Virus record (IMG/VR): IMGVR_UViG_2595698880_000001
Location: 17,657-81,656 of that record
Direction: 5' to 3' (one strand)
Origin: a virus
Taxonomy: Duplodnaviria > Caudoviricetes
DNA: 64,000 bases
Shown here piece by piece: positions 58,808-64,000 of this stretch; position 1 is the first letter of the stretch, and every line of letters begins with the position of its first letter. The notes beneath the pieces were generated by a model. That model was given only the letters and a program-made list of their open reading frames with translations, was not told where the DNA came from and did no database searches. A program made the translations under genes and the position numbers.

Positions 58808-58921
58808 TACAGCTCAAAGGCTACCTTCCGCTATACAGCTCGACAGCACCTTTCCGTTATAGCGCCCACCGGATCACCCACGCCGCGCCGCGCCCTACAG
58901 CTCAAAGGCCATGTTCCGTTA
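58808..58921. repeat. three 26-bp GC-rich imperfect repeats
   Basis: TACAGCTC-N10-TTCCG(C/T)TA at 58808, 58834 and 58896. Confidence 0.8.
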
Positions 58922-59206
58922 TAGGGCTAGTTGCTCGTGCGTGTAAGTGCTGCTAGGTGGTGGCCCATACGCTTATATCTTCTGATCCGGTACTTTATAC
59001 CTAGATAGGAGGTGGTTGAACTCCTTCACTCACAACCTAGATAATAAAAACGTTTGATATAGCTTTTAGGCTTTTCAGTTTCTTTTATGTGAGGTTTTTA
59101 TTTCGTTTGAGTATAAAACTATTCTAACTTATAAAAACTCCTTAAAAATGAATCTGAACAGTTTAAAAGCTATTCGCCTTTTTTATATGCCATAAAACCA
59201 TAAAAC

Positions 59207-59300
59207 AAAAAGAGCACCAACATATACACCAGGCTTTTCAAATTCGCTTCTAAACGATCTTAAAAGCTATTTGATACCTAATATATACATTGGCGCTCTA
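59207..59300 (-). terminator. long-stem hairpin/terminator
   Basis: 23-bp outer stem AGAGCGCCAATGTATATATTAGG/CCTGGTGTATATGTTGGTGCTCT (G-U pairs on - strand) + inner stem + U-tract. Confidence 0.65.
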
Positions 59301-59341
59301 AACGGTTACAAAGGCATTTAAACGCCTTGTAAGAGACAAAT

Positions 59342-59391
59342 AAAAAAGCACCAACACACTAACCATTTTTACGGTTAATATGCTGGTGCTC
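59342..59391 (-). terminator. intrinsic terminator of early operon
   Basis: 18-bp stem AGCACCAGCATATTAACC/GGTTAGTGTGTTGGTGCT + U5. Confidence 0.75.
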
Positions 59392-59416
59392 GTTTATTTA
59401 TTGGCACTCTTCGAAT

Positions 59417-59518
59417 TCACTCACTTTTTTTACATTTGTTACATTTAATTTCAATCTTTCCTTTGAACAATCCTAAAAACAAAAGCCTGTTACAAAATTT
59501 ACAACGGAATTTACTCAT
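59417..59518 (-). CDS. Com-family (Mu Com-like) zinc-finger protein, 33 aa (not in ORF track)
   Basis: MSKFRCKFCNRLLFLGLFKGKIEIKCNKCKKSE; RBS AAGGAGG. Confidence 0.7.
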   Translation of the reverse strand: MSKFRCKFCNRLLFLGLFKGKIEIKCNKCKKSE

Positions 59519-60152
59519 TTTTTATTGACCTCCTTCTTTTGCTAAAGGAAGCCATAACATAAGAACCATCATTCGTTTCAACTAACTTCTCAACCTTAAC
59601 TAATTCCATGTTTTCAGCATCATAGACCGCGTTAACATAGTCACCATTTTTCAATTCGTCATTATACATGACTTGTTCTGTAGTAAAGTAAATGCCTGGA
59701 TAATCCTGAACACAATTGTTATAGCAAATTCCGTTATATTCGCCGTTTTCAGCGTTTGTAATTTGGTATGAGCTAAAAACATATTCATCGTTGTAAGGAA
59801 CATCGCTTGTATCCGCTGTTTTCTTCTGTTTAAGGTGTTTTACATCTGTTACACCTATAAACTTATCTTCACCTTTTAAAACGCGGTATTCAGCTTTTAC
59901 AACGTCACCAGCTTTAACATTTTCATCGTTCAGAACGTCTGAAGCTTCAAACCCTAGAAAATCTTTATCAGTTCCTTTTCTAACATTCTTAGCAACAAAA
60001 ATACCGTTGTCTTCTTCTTGGACTTTGAAAACTTCATAAGCTAATGGGCTTTTTACCTCTTCTTCTTTCGTGAAATGGTTAAAACCTAAAGTAGCAGCGA
60101 CACCAATAAGAAAACCTACCGGTAATAAGAATTTACGTTTAATTTGTTTCAT
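59511..60152 (-). CDS. membrane-anchored protein with two repeated domains
   Basis: N-terminal TM; VKAGDVVKAEY / LKNGDYVNAVY repeat. Confidence 0.6.
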   Translation of the reverse strand: MKQIKRKFLLPVGFLIGVAATLGFNHFTKEEEVKSPLAYEVFKVQEEDNGIFVAKNVRKGTDKDFLGFEASDVLNDENVKAGDVVKAEYRVLKGEDKFIGVTDVKHLKQKKTADTSDVPYNDEYVFSSYQITNAENGEYNGICYNNCVQDYPGIYFTTEQVMYNDELKNGDYVNAVYDAENMELVKVEKLVETNDGSYVMASFSKRRRSIKNE

Positions 60153-60238
60153 AATAAAATCACTCCATTTTTAAAATTTTAGATAAATTAAATTATCTAT
60201 AAGAGCTATGAGACAAAACTCATAACTCCTAACATAAA

Positions 60239-60550
60239 TTAATTTATTCCCATGTTCGCGCCAATTTCTTCAATTTCCTTGATACTTGTAAACGTTTTGC
60301 GGAATTGTTTAGCATCATCTAAAGTTTTGTATTCTTGGAATTCGCTTAATGTTTCAACTTGGTTTGTTTCGCTGTTGAACCATCTTAACGTGTAAAGTTT
60401 TGGCATATCCAATTCCATACGATCACTAGTAATGAAAATATTAACCTTGTTTGGTTGAGTTTCGATAACAGTGTTAAAGAAGTTCATCGCGCCTTCTTCG
60501 AACCAATTCGGGTTAAGTTCTTTCATTTCGTTAATAGATAGTTTTTTCAC
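60239..60550 (-). CDS. hypothetical early protein
   Basis: 103 aa, RBS GGAGTG; WF..AMNFF..FITSD..YTLR..FQEY pattern. Confidence 0.6.
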   Translation of the reverse strand: MKKLSINEMKELNPNWFEEGAMNFFNTVIETQPNKVNIFITSDRMELDMPKLYTLRWFNSETNQVETLSEFQEYKTLDDAKQFRKTFTSIKEIEEIGANMGIN

Positions 60551-60635
60551 AATAAATCACTCCAAATAGTTTTTTAAAAGGTTATTAAAACCTTTACAGA
60601 AGTTACAAACCGTAGTTCGTAACCTCTAAAAAGTT

Positions 60636-60968
60636 TTAATTCATCCAAAAATAACTATAGTTTTCTTCTATATCATGACACACAGCAACTAATAAATTAT
60701 TTTCAGTTAATGCAAAATGAGATAAAGTCAATTCGTTAAATTCAGCGTTACCGCACTCGTTAATCATTGCATAACTACTTGATGATGTATAAGCAAGGCT
60801 TAAAAAGTTTTCTGTTGCCTTCTCTTCTTCGCCAAATCCGTAGTATTCACGATACCATTCATCTAAAAACGCTTCTATTCCCATGATTTCGAAGTTTGAA
60901 AGCTCTTTTCTGAACATGCTTTCTAGTTTGCTTTCTTCCATTGTGATTAATTCGTTTCTTGTTTGCAT
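60636..60968 (-). CDS. acidic hypothetical early protein
   Basis: 110 aa, RBS GGGAGTG. Confidence 0.6.
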   Translation of the reverse strand: MQTRNELITMEESKLESMFRKELSNFEIMGIEAFLDEWYREYYGFGEEEKATENFLSLAYTSSSSYAMINECGNAEFNELTLSHFALTENNLLVAVCHDIEENYSYFWMN

Positions 60969-61086
60969 TTAACAACACTCCCAATTTTTATTGTTTAGGT
61001 TTACAACCTAATTCAAAACATCAAATGCTTTTGATATCTTGAGTTAAGCCGCAAAAGCAGCTAAACCGGAGTGAGTGATTTTGTTA

Positions 61087-61103
61087 TTCAGTTTTCAAGG
61101 TTC
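61087..61103 (-). promoter_or_regulatory. boxA-like antitermination site
   Basis: GAACCTTGAAAACTGAA, about 20 nt after the predicted start site. Confidence 0.6.
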
Positions 61104-61129
61104 GGTGTGTTTCGTTCTTCTTGTTTATT

Positions 61130-61158
61130 ATATTACATGGTTATTTCCTATAAGTAAA
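61130..61158 (-). promoter_or_regulatory. sigma-A early promoter with operator half-site
   Basis: TTTACT-17-(TG)TAATAT with TACTTATAGGAA overlapping -35. Confidence 0.7.
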
Positions 61159-61302
61159 GCATAAAACGAAATATAATTAAAGTTGAGACTAAAGAACTAT
61201 AGTAAAACATCCGGATCAGGTATTTTGGCCTAAAAATTTTACAGTATTTTCCGTGATCCGGACAAACTAAGCAAAAATAAAAAGCCTTCCAAAAAGGAAG
61301 AC

Positions 61303-61710
61303 TTAATTATAATAACATGCTTTATCGCTGAAAATAACTATATTTGCTTTTTCAACAACCTTCTTTGTTTTTACATCTGTAAATTCTTTGCACTTGTAAG
61401 GATTGATATAAATTTCGTTCAGATCGTTTGTATTTGGCTTTTCTTCAAACATATCCACAAGGAAACCACGTACCACGGCGTAAACCGCTTTTCTTTGATT
61501 ATCTAAAATCCATTTATGCTTTGAATCAGAAACATGAAAAGAACAACTTTGTAAGTAAACATGTGGAGCATAAGCAACAACTTTACCCTTATTTGGATTA
61601 GTTTTATCAAGCGATTTAATAGAAAAGCCGCCTTTATGAATATTGTAATAAACCTCAACGCGTTCGCCTTTGTTTAATTGCATACCTTCACGAATAGTAA
61701 CAGTATTCAT
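61303..61710 (-). CDS. hypothetical early protein
   Basis: 135 aa; VYYNIHK..FSI..GKVVAY..RKAVYAVVRG pattern; RBS AAGGAGG. Confidence 0.65.
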   Translation of the reverse strand: MNTVTIREGMQLNKGERVEVYYNIHKGGFSIKSLDKTNPNKGKVVAYAPHVYLQSCSFHVSDSKHKWILDNQRKAVYAVVRGFLVDMFEEKPNTNDLNEIYINPYKCKEFTDVKTKKVVEKANIVIFSDKACYYN

Positions 61711-61711
61711 A

Positions 61712-61933
61712 TTATTTTACCTCCTTGTGTTGCTGCTTAATGTATTGTAAAAGAAAATGTTCATTAACATCAGTTTTAAAAGTGTCCCAATCCTTATTAT
61801 AGAACTTTAAAACACTTTCAAAGGTTTCGCTGCTATCTAACAGGTAAAGACCGTGAAAACCGTCTATAGTTGCGCTTATGCACGTATCAATTGAACAAAT
61901 ACCTTCTAAAGCTCCAAAAGTACAGTCATTCAA
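61712..61933 (-). CDS. hypothetical early protein
   Basis: 73 aa, ATGA coupling. Confidence 0.45.
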   Translation of the reverse strand: MNDCTFGALEGICSIDTCISATIDGFHGLYLLDSSETFESVLKFYNKDWDTFKTDVNEHFLLQYIKQQHKEVK

Positions 61934-62226
61934 TAAATCTTTGTAGTTGTAACCTTTTTTAACAAACTGAGGAATAAAAGTATTTTCAGCTTCTTTTTTA
62001 GCTTCTTGAGCAGCAAAGAAAGTTTCTGCATGTTTTTTAATTCTTGACGGATATATTTTGGAATTTTAACGCGTTTGATTTCACAAGTTTCAACATCTTC
62101 GAATTTTTCAATAAGTGCGTATTCATCACCAGGCCATTCACCAGCTAAACGCTTATTTGAAACAAAAAGATCTCCACCTGAAATTTCAATTGTCCAATAT
62201 TGATTTTCGAATAATACTTTTTCCAT
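61930..62226 (-). CDS. hypothetical early protein
   Basis: 98 aa, RBS AAAGGGAG. Confidence 0.55.
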   Translation of the reverse strand: MEKVLFENQYWTIEISGGDLFVSNKRLAGEWPGDEYALIEKFEDVETCEIKRVKIPKYIRQELKNMQKLSLLLKKLKKKLKILLFLSLLKKVTTTKIY

Positions 62227-62267
62227 TTTACAAAACTCCCTTTTTATGGTTTTTTCTAACTAAGTTC

Positions 62268-62296
62268 ATTATAAACCCTACTTATAGGAAACACAA
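62268..62296 (-). promoter_or_regulatory. sigma-A early promoter with operator half-site
   Basis: TTGTGT-17-TATAAT with TTCCTATAAGTA in the spacer. Confidence 0.65.
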
Positions 62297-62482
62297 GTAA
62301 TTTTACGTACGTAACGAAAATAAATTACGTGCGTAACAATTGGGCCATGATTAGATAATGAAGCTTACTCTTATTCGGTTAAGGCCAAATAAAAAGAAGA
62401 TGCTATTTGCATCCCCTTTATTCCTTCACTATATCCATATATGCAATGTATATAAGGCTACCTACTATAAAGGCCCATACTA

Positions 62483-62710
62483 TCATGATACCTCATAACC
62501 CTTCTTATTAGCTTCTGCTATACGCTTCTTGTATTCGTACCCTGTCATGTATTGTGTTTCATATTGAGTAGCATTGTTAGTAATACGATGTATCATATTA
62601 AGATCGTTTGTGATAGTGTGTAGTTTCTTGCGCTTACGTACTGTAATGTATATAGCTTGTATGCCTTCCTTAGTTGTACGGTTAATCATATTAATGTATT
62701 CATATAGCAT
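62483..62710 (-). CDS. hypothetical early protein
   Basis: 75 aa, RBS AAAGGGG, promoter TTGACG-18-TATAGT at 62755-62784. Confidence 0.55.
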   Translation of the reverse strand: MLYEYINMINRTTKEGIQAIYITVRKRKKLHTITNDLNMIHRITNNATQYETQYMTGYEYKKRIAEANKKGYEVS

Positions 62711-63130
62711 AATGTATATCCCCTTTACTTATATAGTAGTATGTCCATATATGTACTATAAGCTATTACCTATAAGTACGTCAATAACATAATGTATATA
62801 TACCATATCATATATGCATACCTAATAGTAATAACATATATAACATATAGTAATACATATGTATCATGTATATATAACAATGTATATATAACATGTGTTA
62901 ATACATTGAGCATGTGTGTGTCATGTGTATGTGATGCATGTGTGTTGCATGTGTTCATTGATTGTGTATTGATTGTTCAATGATGTATCGTAACATGCAT
63001 GTGTATATGTAACACGTATATGTACATCAGTATCAATATACAGTAACATCATTATCAGTATATATAACTCATATATGATGATGTATATATGAGCAGCTCC
63101 AACATGCATAGATGATATATAAAGCTATTG
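62700..63130. repeat. purine-pyrimidine alternating low-complexity tract
   Basis: TATATG/CATGTGTGTG/TACAT runs; nearly devoid of A-tracts and GG/CC. Confidence 0.75.
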
Positions 63131-63290
63131 TTCGCTTATTGTATGTAAAAAGTGCTTCGCTGCTCTTGTATATACAAGTGGAAGTCATAAGGTTTAATAA
63201 GCAATACTTATGGCGGATCAAAAGAAATTCTTATCAAAAATTTTCTCTAAAAGTATTGACAACGTTTGTATATGTGTGGTAATAATTCAG

Positions 63291-63340
63291 CTAATATTTG
63301 CTATATGTAACGTAAAATGGAACTAATATTTGCTATATGT
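63291..63340 (+). repeat. 18-bp direct repeat x2 downstream of a sigma-A-like promoter
   Basis: CTAATATTTGCTATATGT at 63291 and 63323; TTGACA at 63256. Confidence 0.75.
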
Positions 63341-63534
63341 TATTAAAAATATAATGTTCAATCGTTCATAGCTTCGACGTATTATAAGCACACATTGGAC
63401 ATCAGCACATAAGCGTAAACTATGTATAAGAGTCTTCAGCTCGCGCGATCTGTTACCCTAACCGCTGTTATGGCCTAAAAAATTGCTTAAAAAAAGAAGC
63501 GTAAATGATGGCCCATATATGACCGTGTATGCGG

Positions 63535-63562
63535 GCTTCTTATAAGATAACTTATAGGAAAT
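63535..63562. other. dif-like 11-6-11 site-specific recombination site (putative)
   Basis: GCTTCTTATAA-GATAAC-TTATAGGAAAT, inverted arms. Confidence 0.55.
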
Positions 63563-63911
63563 AAGCAGAGCGGAGGGTACTTTACATTGTTTTTTGTAAA
63601 ATTTGATAAAAACGTTCCGTACTCCCCACTAATTACTATCGGCCAATTTTCCCCTTCGAGTAACGTCATTTTCTCGAATAAATCCCCGAATATTTACGAG
63701 TAGTAGCTAAATATCACCAGGAATAGCAGAAGGGGGGTACTTTTACAAATCAGAAATAATCGACTTTTTCTTGATATATCGCGGTTTATTTAAAATTTTT
63801 TGTGACATATAGCGAATAATAGCTTCTTATAATTGTTCGGTAAAATAGGTTGATGCATGTAACGAATAAAATGTGTGTATGATGATAGAAATAACAATAG
63901 AGGTGATATAA

Positions 63912-64000
63912 ATGTTTGGCATGTGGACTCCATCGTGGAAATTTGTGATTTTATTGTTTTTTGTGATGTTACCAGTGTTACCTTTCTTTGTAATTAAGTG
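63912..64000 (+). CDS. hydrophobic protein, truncated by window end
   Basis: RBS GAGGTGA; MFGMWTPSWKFVILLFFVMLPVLPFFVIK... Confidence 0.5.
   Translation, partial: MFGMWTPSWKFVILLFFVMLPVLPFFVIK

Noticed and set aside
58808-58921. CRISPR mini-array
   Set aside because: Repeats are imperfect, two are directly adjacent with no spacer, and the only Cas-like gene is a solo Cas4-like nuclease in the recombination module
58795-58930. Similarity of - strand CTATAACGG/AAGGTAGC words to 23S rRNA helix 69
   Set aside because: Only 8-9-nt words with the wrong spacing; compatible with chance
62574-63109. ORFs 62574-62792, 62770-62958, 62792-62983, 62921-63109
   Set aside because: Y/I/C/H/M/T-biased translations produced by RY-alternating DNA; no RBS
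57600-64000. tRNA genes or an arbitrium (aimR/aimP) locus
   Set aside because: No cloverleaf with T-loop GTTCRA plus acceptor stem found by eye; no TPR receptor or secreted short peptide gene seen

Overview
This window is about 64 kb of a low-GC Bacillus/Priestia-type siphovirus genome, probably temperate or a phage-plasmid. From 1 to 28.5 kb (+) is the virion and lysis arm: decoration protein, major capsid, connector, tail tube, an inserted fibre/spike cassette, a tube paralog, frameshifted tail chaperones, head-tail joining genes, HNH, a 2249-aa tape measure (SLT+LysM), Dit, a tail tip with S74 chaperone, two holins and an M15 endolysin. From 28.5 to 48.2 kb (-) is the replication and nucleotide metabolism arm: RuvC, ThyA, a sigma factor, Cas4-like nuclease, primase, DnaB, guanylate kinase, PhoH, DnaQ, Sak4-like ATPase, SSB, NrdAB and two HNH-AP2 genes; no DNA polymerase is seen. 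At 48.3-52.2 kb (+) is a relaxase-less operon (RHH protein, VirB2-like protein, small membrane peptides, VirD4/HerA-like ATPase) with a nested antisense peptide under a perfect sigma-G promoter. At 52.2-58.7 kb are a Xer-like recombinase, a sporulation-type sigma factor fused to an HTH and long coiled coil, an AT-rich tract, Rha-ANT, a LysM-CAP protein and two candidate sRNAs. At 58.7-64 kb are GC-rich repeats, a hairpin array behind a Com-like zinc finger, early genes with a boxA, a purine-pyrimidine alternating tract and a symmetric dif-like 11-6-11 site whose half-site recurs in five sigma-A promoters. The best candidates for new biology are the sporulation-linked pilin/ATPase module, the recombinase site that may double as an operator, the sigma-coiled-coil fusion, and Com-controlled terminators. 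All family calls come from motifs recognised by eye, not from database searches.
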